Source: Schizochytrium sp. TIO01 (taxonomy: Eukaryota > Protista > Bigyra: Labyrinthulomycetes). From it: a stretch of 64,000 nucleotides of DNA. A program made the translations under genes and the position numbers. Positions 24,801 to 34,025 of this stretch are shown here, piece after piece. Location of the stretch: contig SMSO01000036.1 of assembly GCA_004764695.1 (NCBI GenBank), positions 930,001 to 994,000 on the forward strand. The letters run 5' to 3'. The number at the start of each line of letters is the position of its first letter. Position 1 is the stretch's first letter. The notes below the pieces were generated by a model that was not told the DNA's origin, made no database searches, and was given only the letters and a program-made list of their open reading frames with translations.

Positions 24801-25751
24801 AAGAAGACTGGCATTGAGCAGGAGGCAGATCTGATGGCACGTCATGTTCACGAGCTCAAACTTCGGACCCAGGCAAAGCAGTATAAGACCTTTCATATGC
24901 GGAAACCAAAGCTGGGAGAGCTTCGAAGTCCTGTAGTTTTTATGGATCCCATGCGAAGTCCAAGGAATAATGGTCCTGCTATCAGAGGGGGGGCGGATGA
25001 AGATGATGAGGTAGACCACCTAGCAGCTATTCATTCAATTGATGCTGAGTATCTTTTGAGAGAAGGATGTACATTGCGACGCTGTCACACAGCGTCGTCT
25101 GCTCTACAAAGCAAATCTGTTCTTCCTGAACAGAGTTTAGCTAAAGCAGTTGATTTTCGAAGTGCCTCTCATATGTTTAGCGTGATGCATGGGGGGTTGC
25201 CAGAGCCTGCAATTCCAACAGAGACTGTAAATTCACTCTGTTCTCTTGCGCTCTTTCCCAATAAACTCGATTTTGGACTCGTAAGTGAGAGGTCAAACTG
25301 CACCCGCTCTCTACAGGTAACAAATAAAGGTCATAATACCGTGAGAATTAAGGTTCTCGCTGAATGTGCATCGGGTGAGGTGACGCTTACTGTTCTGAAA
25401 GCCCCAAACAAGCTAATCCCCGGTCTGAATGGGTCATTAGTGCTCCAAATGTCAACTACTGTACCAGGAGTTGCGGTGGAAGGAACGGTGCGTATCTTGA
25501 CAAGTGCCGGTGATGCTTACACGCTGCCAATTCATGCCACAGTAGCTTCTAAAGCAGACGCAGCTGTATTTAAGGCTCAAAGAGTACACGCCCCGGATAA
25601 TGTCTCGCCGCTTTCCCCACAAACACCAACACAAAAGTCATCATTACCTAAAATTCCAAATGTTATTTCGAGCCCTACATCAGGAGTGATCCCTAAGCGT
25701 CCAAACCGTTCATTCTTTGATGACCGAAATCCTTTGTCACCTGATACATGA
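18816..25751 (+). CDS. TEP1/NWD-like STAND NTPase: DUF4062 + NACHT + multiple WD40 repeats + CxxC...CxxC motif + C-terminal ASH/Ig-like domain
   Basis: N-terminal VRVFISSTFRD...ERD, VDLRWGV, IGSRYGW, SITELEI (DUF4062/NPHP3-N type). Walker A GESGVGKS (19731), Walker B LVLVLDNLD (20301), GNP motif. Many GH...W repeats (GHTAPVLWVDIS, GHKDAVT, GHIGRVNNC, GHTSSILDVKF). Single 2311-aa ORF. Confidence 0.9.
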   Translation: MVRRWRNVRVFISSTFRDTHFERDALTRLIFPELRQWCEERYLHVTEVDLRWGVTQEESAAGKAIEICLDEIDRSDIFLCLIGSRYGWVPDKYEVGTESRFMWIKEQSGLSITELEIMRGALNSQDTLAENVSHALFYFRDEEFLKDLEASPKSLCEFTDGHTEYRSGELIYIPNEEKQAKLLALKQRIQEEAKKSTNNIKTFIHEKYPSLYHTDERLSQTNEATLRKFCDMVLTDLKRAIDERYPMRLMHDESNVEEAALENTYHQAYMDFRLSQFLPRDQIVHQVVDFARREVVLDKMPLLVYGESGVGKSSVLAKVCEILDLEQQQNESSARGSALQLVSDPSISPNTVASDRPSPQSVSLAEQQRPLRKGAMKGQPKAKPQVLIRYFAGASPGSRHIHNMLRTLVQELRRCVRKYRPKNRVDQLWTLIRTSLFVGQHINLNGKLKEKETVSSLRRAGKRYHYKVVNDIPSSYSQLVEEFKRLLLDACKYTRLVLVLDNLDHLVRDKNHALTLSWLPHELPKNLRLVIGVESDELKLFEADSPIVVPPRSPDLPLPKRPLSPQLPSKKNNRKRRLSRSSGRGRRRGRSADREPTSPFSDSGIDYRPQALSSDNGSAGTFFPELSQFEQFEQRSFLESFQLHFRQHLKLHVPRLTQIEARELIIARLGQYGKKLSDWQMKSLLDKASSGNPTWIVIACEELRIFNVYEKVNNRILDLAEDLQSLLDQMISRLEQDHGPRFVRDALSIILCSRDGLFEHEIMGILGVPLSSWSQLYYSIKPLLTNHTRAGDELISFSHHNFTLAILKRYFAGSPEMTPEEVSLLPMRSPHAIPIHARLSKFFRETAFDSNNTYNSENGRALSCLPYHLLHGRLFRTLEATLTDLEFVEALLTADAGFSWIDDLASSCVAFELNLALQNQDHTAHGLRLDLEGPLGASLGLLSSNQVVSSQPLESVITEDMILRVRDYYAFAQRYTPELSGNPSLVFQYAANLPDMNAASIAAQKLWASDRSHRPWLRWVNKIQEQGPCLLTLSGHTAPVLWVDISQDGKRVVSASEDCTIRVWITATGESDFVLAGHKDAVTCAVISPDSSDVIVSTSRDGTACVWIKGVCALTFDRHGRTPVLCCCISDCGRFVCTGDQAGALKIWEIFSDGECLHEFHFFPSAITMCRFSADNEYIFCAGADNTIRAWRFEDGSQYMCKSGEAMCFAPNCAGPDQKVVYCLRNSSMKLRIFDAEYVNHSLAQPSQIKAGKLRPPSHGSTIARPSRVVFREGTSLSLAERRGISGTLQVSRSQTFLQTSSSIITSSSFQPQIHQSTLHSFSEEAKQEHSADKDQTSEQAEVSEGGKLKLSQHRSKVMSAPSLGDTKPEFEDQVLRPVSRDSLLSLDVDEPVLRKSEVPRVTLKDEDAHLATKCAISSTRRMAVAREDGNVSIFNTDTGEKIAILHGHIGRVNNCVYDASGRTLVTASNDCTVKIWNPRRARLAANTPHKAKVLRTSFAKNNCLLSVSQEGCVCIWNAPTGVKTTMKPHGNSDKDFVRDAGFAKNGEYYLTVSNVVRVATSKANEEQRTWTLPQPNTALWDISPCGRIVLCVEAGSKDFHVWSLYSNPPKLLRTVTGAHERKLTVCQFSADGALVYTGGNDGKVKIWNAVALSAEKYSGAQFTTRLDLNQGEIIRPLHTLQDEKDLGLASLIHSICESPDGKKLLAISDSPDIKVLHLEAALENFQTQYVTSLHAHDNRVTCAAWSRHPFMFASASVNGAIKIWNSKNFECTLEIAGHTSSILDVKFLPDGQRLASISSDKSLAIWNVTTGEQVNCMSFPSHPCQLSISVEGRYLAVGTTNGDLRILELMSETIEFPMVTARRYCNLTIKGKAWESRPKIDCVFCGHRFAINNNLDSMLSTENTSDAIQDLKFILRCISCRHVLRSNPVKLDRKDCLMRNFFRQSRRKLNALHHGTETQRYLARVQSDEFYSSNLTVMTPFRRKRKVPKLTTSSKKTGIEQEADLMARHVHELKLRTQAKQYKTFHMRKPKLGELRSPVVFMDPMRSPRNNGPAIRGGADEDDEVDHLAAIHSIDAEYLLREGCTLRRCHTASSALQSKSVLPEQSLAKAVDFRSASHMFSVMHGGLPEPAIPTETVNSLCSLALFPNKLDFGLVSERSNCTRSLQVTNKGHNTVRIKVLAECASGEVTLTVLKAPNKLIPGLNGSLVLQMSTTVPGVAVEGTVRILTSAGDAYTLPIHATVASKADAAVFKAQRVHAPDNVSPLSPQTPTQKSSLPKIPNVISSPTSGVIPKRPNRSFFDDRNPLSPDT

Positions 25752-27794
25752 GACTAGCTCAAACTTTTCTCCGTTCAGGTGAGTTTTCCTTCCCTTCCTA
25801 ATGCATAGTTAAAAAGCGGCATTTTCATCAACCGCAAACTATTTGCTGACTTATTTATGTGGAACAATAACAACGCGACGAGTACTATAATAATATTTTG
25901 AATCATTTTTTCTTTACTCACTATGTGACTTATACTTTCTTCTTGGCGCACGCCTGCTATTTCACATATGTAATTTCTGTTATTCTGATTTATGTACGAG
26001 CAGTGATGCTTCGCAGATATCGAATAAAGAGTTCTCCAATTAAGCTTTGGATGGATATTCATATGCTTGTCATTTCACAGCGTTTCTTTTGCACGAAATA
26101 GCCAAGTGGCCAATCTGAATCGTACCAAAGCACTCTCTCTTATTCTCAAGAAGAAGGATTTGCAAATGTCGATTAATGTATAGCATATTACTGGAAATTC
26201 GTTCGACCATATTATGTAAACCAAACTTCAAGTTGTACTAAAACTAAAGTTCTAGTTTACATTAAGCCTTTTCTTTCTTTTGTACTGTCGTATTTATAGG
26301 AATCGTTGATATTATTCAAAGGCATGATCAGTAATTGGGGGTTTCGAGGAGAAAAAGTTCGCTGCCACTCTGGAAGCATGTTACTAGGTATTACCCAAGT
26401 AAATATTTGGTAGCAGTAAACTCTGACAGTGAAAGCGTTTCACTGAGCTAATATAAAGCTATGTACATATCACTGGAAGTATTTGTTCAATCATATCTAC
26501 TACTGTCCTATCTGCTTGGAGAGAGGATCTTCTGCACCAGTCTTTCCAATCTTGAAAGTTTCAGCTTGGAGGTGCTACATTGGAGTTAACGCTTTAGCTT
26601 GGGTAATTATGCAAATTTCAGGCGTACTTCTAAGGATTGATGAACATGAGTAGATTGAAGGGGGCTCGTATCAACGTATAATGACTTCTTTTCATTCTAT
26701 TTTATTATTAGTTTTATTACTATCACTAGTTTTATTTCTATTTTTATTACTATTAATATTACTATTACAGAGTCCTACCCCTTGCAAATATGACAGGACA
26801 ATAGATGTGTAAGTTGCGCTATTTTACTGAGTCAAAGCTCGTTTTCATAAATGATAGCCAGTCCGCCACCAATGCGCACAGGAAGAGAGGGTTATTGTCA
26901 TAGTTCTGAGGATATGATAATTACTGTCTCATTTAAATAATCAAGGTTTTATTCGCCTGGTAAACAATCAAGTCAAAACATATATAGAAATGTTGACTTT
27001 AAAAGAAATGCTTGAAGAAAAAGAACGATCCTAAGAATAGCCCCGAGCAGTGAGAGTGATGCCGCTCTTTCATTCAACTTTCAGAAAAGCTGAAGTAATT
27101 CGCACCTCCAAGTTGAGCACCTCCTAGCTAGTTAGTTAGGTAGCTAGCTGGTAAGCACCTATACAGCTACATAATTATGGTAACTCGGTGAGTAAAATGC
27201 TCTGAAAAGGACGACTGGTTTGGTTTGCGACATGCGGTGAGTTATCTACCAGCTATTATTGTTAATAGTATAGTATTAATCATTCCTAGAATTGCGGTTT
27301 ATTCAATATCTAGCATATGCGTAGGAATAGCTAACATCCCAAACTTCGAAGCGCATAGAGAAGAGGAACTAGCAATTCAGTTGTTTGGTACGTATGATGG
27401 CACTTCTTGAAATACCAACAGATCCCGTTTAGATAGATGCCTTCAAACTGCTAGAATACCGAGGTACCTACTATTGTCTGTCGAGGCCGGCATCGGATTC
27501 AGATTAGCAAGGTTCCTTTTTGAAGTAGTCCCTTCAATTGTCCGCGCTACTTCACAACTGTAGCCCAGAAGCAAGACTTGGTGAGGAAGGCACGTGCCTG
27601 ACGTTGCCTGTCTTTACTCTAACGAGGTCGAGTCAATCAGAGCTGGTGAAAAGAGGCCAGAAAGTAAGTAGCAGGTTTCTTGTCAGGGCTGGATAAAATC
27701 CTTCAAGCTGTCCTGGTCGTTCGTCCAGAAGCTGTCTGCAATACTCGATCGTCCAGTAGCTTGTCCGGACTCCACTCCACAACTAACTGTACCC

Positions 27795-30700
27795 ATGACG
27801 CCCGCATCAGCAGAATCCACTGAAGAAACATCTGCTGAGAGTAGTTTCAATCACGGCCACCATCACGGAGAGGACGACTACACTAAGCAGCAAATAAATA
27901 CACAAGAAAATTCTAATATACACCATGATGAACAGGGCCAAGGCTGCGAGGTTGATGAGGTGAACACAAAGCAAGAAAAGGAGGAGATGGCGGAGGTCCC
28001 CCGGGAAAGTCTAAATGAGACACCAAAACCTAAAGAATCCCCACGAGGGTGGCTCTATGAGTTTTCCTTGTTGTGGCTTTTCCCTCTGGTCATAGAAGGC
28101 TTTCGGCGGAGAATAGAAAGCGAAGACCGGGTTCCACCTCTGCCCCGTGCTTTGCAATCGGAATATCTTGTACCCCGAGCTCATATCTTATGGCAAGCTG
28201 AAATGAAAAAACGCAAACGCGGAGGCTTGGTTAATGTATTATGCAAACTATCGTGGCCTTTTCTCATTATTGGGTCGATGATGAGTGTGATACAGGGGCT
28301 TGCCACAGCAGTAGTGAGGCCCTTGCTGATTCGAGCACTAATTGCTGAACTCGAAACCTCTCGTGATGAAACCAGCCTTCTTAAGTATATTGCATACCTT
28401 GCCATTGCTCTCTTAGTCGAAGGATACTCTTCAGTAGCTCTCAAACATGCGTTTGCAGATTTTTTGGGCGCCCTCTGGTTCACTACTGCCGGTGCGCTTG
28501 TTCAAAAGAAAGCATTAGCAATACCGGGAGGAATTACCACAATTCAGGAATCTTCATTGCTTGGAAATGATCTAATGCGCAACTATGAAAATCTAAAGTT
28601 TGTCTGCCTATTGCCTATGTCTGTAGTTGCTCTTACAGGAGGCGTTATAGTGTTGATATTGATGATCGGCAAGGCAAGCATTGTGGGGCTTATGGTAATG
28701 GTGGCAATCTTACTGGTTAATGCTCAATTCTCACGCTTAGCTCAATTTGCAGAAGAAAAGGATCTTGAGGCAAGCGATGCTCGGCTTTCAATACTAACCC
28801 AGGTTATTTCCAGTATCAAAGCGATAAAACTGAGTGCTTGGGAAGAAAACTTTGGAGAACTGGTGAAAAATGCTCGTGTCGTAGAAATGGCGTGTCTTGC
28901 ACGCTATCGTACTATCGCACAGTCAAGTGTACAACTCGGACGTGCTACACCTGCTGTATGCGCTGCAGTATCATTTATTTATATGGTGACTACATTTGAA
29001 AACGTTCGAGCGTCTGATATATTTGCTGCCCTCAACGTATTCCTGAACCTACGCCTGCCTTTGATTCTTATTCCTGAATGCATTACTTACCTTGGTGCAC
29101 TACAAATTACACTCAAACGTCTTGATAGATACCTACGCCTTGGCGAGGTTGATGCCGCTTTGCAAACAGAGCCTGAATTTCTTCATCATGCTGATCAGTT
29201 TCATCTTATAGGTTCATTTGCATGGCACGGTGGACTTGTAGCTCAGCAAATGGCGAAAAGTGAGGATAACAGTCTATATGTTGAACCTGATACACCTGAG
29301 AAAGGCTCTTTAACTGCCTTTATGTTACGTGACATCAACATTGTTTTACCACGAGGTGCTCGTTGCGCTGTATTGGGAGAAGTTGGAAGCGGAAAGTCTT
29401 CCTTGCTAGCAGCAATTCTAGGAGAGTTGAAACTTATTTCACCCGGCCGTGTAAAAGACAATAACTCCTTCTTATCTTTAAGCAAAGGTTTTGTGCCGCA
29501 AGAAAGCTTTGTCATTAGTGGAACAATTCGAGAGAATATCCTTTTCGGCTTGCAGGATCCTAATGACGATTCAAAGCTTGAGTCTGCCTTGAAGAAGTCG
29601 GCGCTGTGGGACGATCTGCAGCGGTTCCCTCTTGGTTTGAACACAGCAGTTGGCGAACGAGGTGTTACCCTTTCTGGAGGTCAAAAGGCGCGGCTTGCTG
29701 TTGCAAGAGCGTTGTACGCTCAACCAGAGCTCTATATATTTGACGACGTTTTGGCTGCTGTGGACGCTCCAATTTGTCGTCATCTCCTACAACATGTATT
29801 TGAAAATATGGACTGTAATAGTACCATAGTTGCATCGATTAACCAGTATGCCTTTTTGGATAAATTCACCCATGTAATCCAGATTGGGAGACATGGAACG
29901 ATTGCAAGACACGGACCTCTTACCCCTACCCTTGTCCAAGAAATCAAACACGAGCTTGACGATGCTGCCGAGAGACATAATTTTGACAACAATAACGATA
30001 CCCACAGCTTAGACAACCAAATCGTGGAAGTTGAACAGGCGGAAAGTGAGCAAGTACAACTTATGATCGAGAAATATGAAGCCGATTTAGTCTATCGTGA
30101 GCCGTCGTTGCTATCTGTGAGTTCTCGGCTTAGCAGCGCAACAGGCTACCCCGAAGAGGTAAGAGCTATTGGGATTCCTGAGCAAAATAATAGAAGATCA
30201 GATGATTTGGTCAAGATTGAAGCAAGGGCTAGTGGTTCGATATCATGGTATGTTATAAAAGCATACGCGAGAGGCATGGGTTATCATTATATCACTTTAG
30301 GTATTTTATGTGGAATTTGTGCATACTCAGCTATGGCTTTGAATGACTTGTGGCTCGCAGCATTTGTCCGCAAAGATTCTGATAGAACAGAAAGTTTCCG
30401 TTTCGCTATCATATATGGCTGTGGATGTATTGCTTTTCTTGGATTTCTAATACTTACTAGTGCAATTTTCTCCCACGCGGGTGTTCGCGCCTCCCAAGGG
30501 CTTCACGATGCCTGCATGGACAAGGTCTTGCACGCACCGATTTCTTGGTTTGAGGGCACACCGAGCGGGCGTATTTTGAGCCGCTTCAGCACAGATATCG
30601 GAATAGTTGATCAGCAGCTGAGTCGGTTTTCTGATAATCTATTCCAATTGTCGATGACAGTTTTGGCTTTAATTGTCGTAGTTGTCGTGCTTGTGCCACC

Positions 30701-32114
30701 TGTTCTCGCTGCAATCGGGATATCAGGAGTTCTTTATGCGTTTCAAGTGACAGCTATTGATCGTACAAACCGGGAGGTAAAGCGCTCAGCAAACCTTGCA
30801 ATGAGCCCCGTTCAAACAATTGTACAGGAAAGCGTGGTGGGTCGTATGACACTGCGTGCTTTTAGTGCTAGCCGTGGTGTGTCTAACCAAGCAACTCTGT
30901 TGCATTTTGAGGAGCGCTTTTGGACAGCTTGCGATGGATGGAATCGTCAATCATTCACGTCAATCTCCCTGGTTAATTTTTCGATGCTCTTGGCTTACTT
31001 TCTGAGCTTCTTTATCTCAACCTCTACCGGAGTTTTCATCATTTTCAGCGATCTTGATCCCTCGTCGGCTGCGCTATCATTGACGTACTCCTTACTTGTC
31101 CCTTACTTTGCTCTTCATTGTGCATTTGTTTTTAGTATCATTCAGGTATCATTAGCATCTTTAGAAAGAGTGCTTGAACTTCTCGGTGACACAGTACCAC
31201 AAGAGCCGGAGTGGCGCCTGCCTGATGATCCTTACACTCAAGCTCGATCAGAAAAAGAGAAGATCCTCAGGATGCATCGGACTACGCAAAATATTGCTCC
31301 AGCGCATGTTGGAGATATTGAAGAAGGCATAAATAAAGGTCATACTGAAACTTCAAGAATATGGCCGCAGGCTGCATCTATTTCTTTTATTCAGGTAGGC
31401 CTTAAATACCGGGCAAACCTTCCTTTCTCTCTGCGCAATGTCAGTTTTAAAGTTAAAGCACAAGAGCGTGTCGCTATTGTAGGCAAGTCCGGCGCTGGAA
31501 AGTCGTCGATCATCGGTCTCTTGTTTCGGGTATATCCTCTTACCGAGGGGAAAATCGTGATTGACGGTCTTGATATATCCGAGCTTGGTCTGGTTACACT
31601 TCGTGAAGCTTTTAGCATAATTCCTCAAGAACCTCTGCTGCTTGCTGGTACTATTCGGAAGAACCTGGACCCTTTCAATGCATTTTCTACATCTTTGCTT
31701 ATTGATGCCCTAGTTCAGTCCGGCATGTCGTCATCACGAGAACTCGCCGAGTCAATTTTGGAGGTTGATATTGGTGACAAGGCATCTGCTCTCTCAGCTG
31801 GTCAACGTCAACTACTATCTTTTGCACGTATTATTCTTAAACCCCGGCCCTTCATTGTATGTGATGAACCAACAAGTTTTCTAGACGAAGGAACCGATGC
31901 AGCGGTGCAGCAAGTGCTGCGTCGTCTTCCTGGAACAAAAATAATTGTTGCACATCGGTTGCATACCATCATCAACTCAGATCGTATCATTGTTATGGAC
32001 AAAGGCAGTGTTGCAGAGGTTGGCTCCCCAACAGACTTGCTCAGGAAAGATAATGGCCTATTTCGCTCCATGGCCCAAGCAGCCAACCTTGAGCATGAGG
32101 ACCTTATTGCATAA
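27795..32114 (+). CDS. ABCC/MRP-type full-length ABC transporter (TMD-NBD-TMD-NBD)
   Basis: NBD1 GEVGSGKS, GERGVTLSGGQKARL, IFDD. TMD2 TPSGRILSRFSTD. NBD2 GKSGAGKS, IIPQEP, LSAGQRQL, CDEPTS, VAHRL. Confidence 0.96.
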   Translation: MTPASAESTEETSAESSFNHGHHHGEDDYTKQQINTQENSNIHHDEQGQGCEVDEVNTKQEKEEMAEVPRESLNETPKPKESPRGWLYEFSLLWLFPLVIEGFRRRIESEDRVPPLPRALQSEYLVPRAHILWQAEMKKRKRGGLVNVLCKLSWPFLIIGSMMSVIQGLATAVVRPLLIRALIAELETSRDETSLLKYIAYLAIALLVEGYSSVALKHAFADFLGALWFTTAGALVQKKALAIPGGITTIQESSLLGNDLMRNYENLKFVCLLPMSVVALTGGVIVLILMIGKASIVGLMVMVAILLVNAQFSRLAQFAEEKDLEASDARLSILTQVISSIKAIKLSAWEENFGELVKNARVVEMACLARYRTIAQSSVQLGRATPAVCAAVSFIYMVTTFENVRASDIFAALNVFLNLRLPLILIPECITYLGALQITLKRLDRYLRLGEVDAALQTEPEFLHHADQFHLIGSFAWHGGLVAQQMAKSEDNSLYVEPDTPEKGSLTAFMLRDINIVLPRGARCAVLGEVGSGKSSLLAAILGELKLISPGRVKDNNSFLSLSKGFVPQESFVISGTIRENILFGLQDPNDDSKLESALKKSALWDDLQRFPLGLNTAVGERGVTLSGGQKARLAVARALYAQPELYIFDDVLAAVDAPICRHLLQHVFENMDCNSTIVASINQYAFLDKFTHVIQIGRHGTIARHGPLTPTLVQEIKHELDDAAERHNFDNNNDTHSLDNQIVEVEQAESEQVQLMIEKYEADLVYREPSLLSVSSRLSSATGYPEEVRAIGIPEQNNRRSDDLVKIEARASGSISWYVIKAYARGMGYHYITLGILCGICAYSAMALNDLWLAAFVRKDSDRTESFRFAIIYGCGCIAFLGFLILTSAIFSHAGVRASQGLHDACMDKVLHAPISWFEGTPSGRILSRFSTDIGIVDQQLSRFSDNLFQLSMTVLALIVVVVVLVPPVLAAIGISGVLYAFQVTAIDRTNREVKRSANLAMSPVQTIVQESVVGRMTLRAFSASRGVSNQATLLHFEERFWTACDGWNRQSFTSISLVNFSMLLAYFLSFFISTSTGVFIIFSDLDPSSAALSLTYSLLVPYFALHCAFVFSIIQVSLASLERVLELLGDTVPQEPEWRLPDDPYTQARSEKEKILRMHRTTQNIAPAHVGDIEEGINKGHTETSRIWPQAASISFIQVGLKYRANLPFSLRNVSFKVKAQERVAIVGKSGAGKSSIIGLLFRVYPLTEGKIVIDGLDISELGLVTLREAFSIIPQEPLLLAGTIRKNLDPFNAFSTSLLIDALVQSGMSSSRELAESILEVDIGDKASALSAGQRQLLSFARIILKPRPFIVCDEPTSFLDEGTDAAVQQVLRRLPGTKIIVAHRLHTIINSDRIIVMDKGSVAEVGSPTDLLRKDNGLFRSMAQAANLEHEDLIA

Positions 32115-32447
32115 TAATCGTAATATAATTTAAAGACTTTAGAAATCCTTAAACTGAGCACAGCGCATGATTTGTTAGAAATCTATGTTCGCATAGACAT
32201 ATTTATCAGTCTTTAGAGAACTTGATAATTCAAAATATATTAATGTTACGACAGTGAATCGGAACTTTGATTATTTGTTGAACGTTTCAATACTGAAAGA
32301 GCGAGGTCTATACTATAATTCAAAGCTCGTGGTTTTCACTTAGATACGCAGTATGAAAGTATACTATCTGTATTATGTTATCACGAGTGGTTTCAGTACG
32401 TCATCTCTTATAGAATCTTATCAACAAAGAAAGGAAATTTGGACCAC

Positions 32448-33380
32448 TCACAAACCAAGCTCGGGATGAATTTGATTTTTTCCGCTTGTTAACACTCGAC
32501 TCATATTTGAAGACTGTGGTGCAGCTACAATAGCACTGCTTGCCGCTTGGGCCTGCATAAAGGCATTTCGAATTTGAGCTGCAGTATCATTAGAGTTTGT
32601 TGGTACAAAGATTGTTGTTGACTTTGCTTGTGCACCGATATCTTTCATGGTATCCATATATTGCGTCATTAGCATAAGCTCAAGTACTTGCTGTGAGTTG
32701 ACATCGGAAACGTCGGAGCTAAACGCTTTGACACTTTCACGGAGGCCATCAACAATGGCCTGACGCTGCCGGGCAATGCCAACACCAGCAAGATACTTGC
32801 TCTCGGCATCAGCTTCTGCAGCTTTCACAACAAGGATTTTCTCAGCTTCAGCTTTGTCAGTTGCTGCTACGCGCTTTCTTTGTGCAGCATTGATTTCATT
32901 CATCGCCTCCTTAACCTTTGCATTTGGGTTAATATCTGTCAAAAGTGTCTGTACTACCTCATAGCCATATTTTTCAAGCCCTAGGAGATCCTTTTTGACA
33001 ACAGCAGCAATCTCATCTTTAGAGTTAAAAACATCATCCAAATTGATCTTTGGAACGGAGCTACGAATTGAATCAAAAACATATGAGGTGATCTGTGTAC
33101 GTGGGTTTGTAAGCTTGTAGAATGCTTCGTAAGCTTTGTCTTGCTGAACTTCATACTGAACACTCACCATAACGTTGATGAAGACATTATCTAATGTTTT
33201 AGTCTCTACGGCCACGTCAAGTTGGTTGACACGTAAAGAAAGGCTCCCAGCAACACACTCCCCAAGACAGCAAAGTACTGGATTGAAGCCCGCATGCCCA
33301 TTTCGAACAAACTTCCCGCACCGTTCAATGAAGATTACTTCGTCATTAGACACTGTTGCGCAACAAACATATGATGTCAT
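32448..33380 (-). CDS. SPFH/band-7 protein, hypersensitive-induced-reaction (HIR) type
   Basis: LSLRVNQLDVAVETKTLDNVF, AFYKLTNPRTQITSYVFDSIRSSVP, VKEAMNEINAAQR, EAESKYLAGVGIARQRQAIVDGLRESV and TQYMDTMKDIG closely follow plant HIR proteins. The first ATG (MTSYVCC) is at 33380; the ORF-track extension uses a non-ATG start. Confidence 0.92.
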   Translation of the reverse strand: MTSYVCCATVSNDEVIFIERCGKFVRNGHAGFNPVLCCLGECVAGSLSLRVNQLDVAVETKTLDNVFINVMVSVQYEVQQDKAYEAFYKLTNPRTQITSYVFDSIRSSVPKINLDDVFNSKDEIAAVVKKDLLGLEKYGYEVVQTLLTDINPNAKVKEAMNEINAAQRKRVAATDKAEAEKILVVKAAEADAESKYLAGVGIARQRQAIVDGLRESVKAFSSDVSDVNSQQVLELMLMTQYMDTMKDIGAQAKSTTIFVPTNSNDTAAQIRNAFMQAQAASSAIVAAPQSSNMSRVLTSGKNQIHPELGL

Positions 33381-34025
33381 TTCTTTATTGGCCTTCCAAA
33401 GCTTTCTTCGATTATGGAAAGCTGATGCAGGCCAACTAAGATTAGTCTTTCTGTAGCTTTTAGAAACAGCTTTGTTAGACTGCCCAACGTAATTTGGATA
33501 CGCTGCGGTTGCCAGGGTGAAATAGTTATGGGACTGCAATCTCTGTTCATTTCAAGAACTCATTGAGTTCAAGCCAACCAAAGTGAGATACAATGCGAAT
33601 GAATTCAACTCAAACACTCTAATGAATAAAACTTAGGAAAATACCGTTACAAACACTCCCAAGGTCCTGTACACATAAAACCTTGCGTAGAATATTTTAA
33701 TTTTAAAAACGCTCTGGTCATATCATGAGCTGAAACATATGTAAATTTTAAAAGCCAAATGAATGAGTGAAGGAAGCGTCACGTAAAATTATGGGTCAAG
33801 TTTATCAGAAAAGTCCTCAGGTTTCCCCCTCTGGAGAAAGTTTCCGTTGAACACATAACGGCCGCTTATATAAAAATATCCTGTACGAACCAGATTTATT
33901 TTTCCTGCAGGAAGTGAATGTTCTGGGACATATTCTTCTTTAACAGAAACACGTTAAAGAAATTGAGAAAATTAAACAAAACTAAAAAAAAAAAAGAGAG
34001 AGAAAAGAGAAATGAAAGGTGAAAG

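Noticed and set aside
33381-33539. 53-aa N-terminal extension of the HIR ORF
   Set aside because: Depends on a non-ATG start; family homology begins at MTSYVCC.
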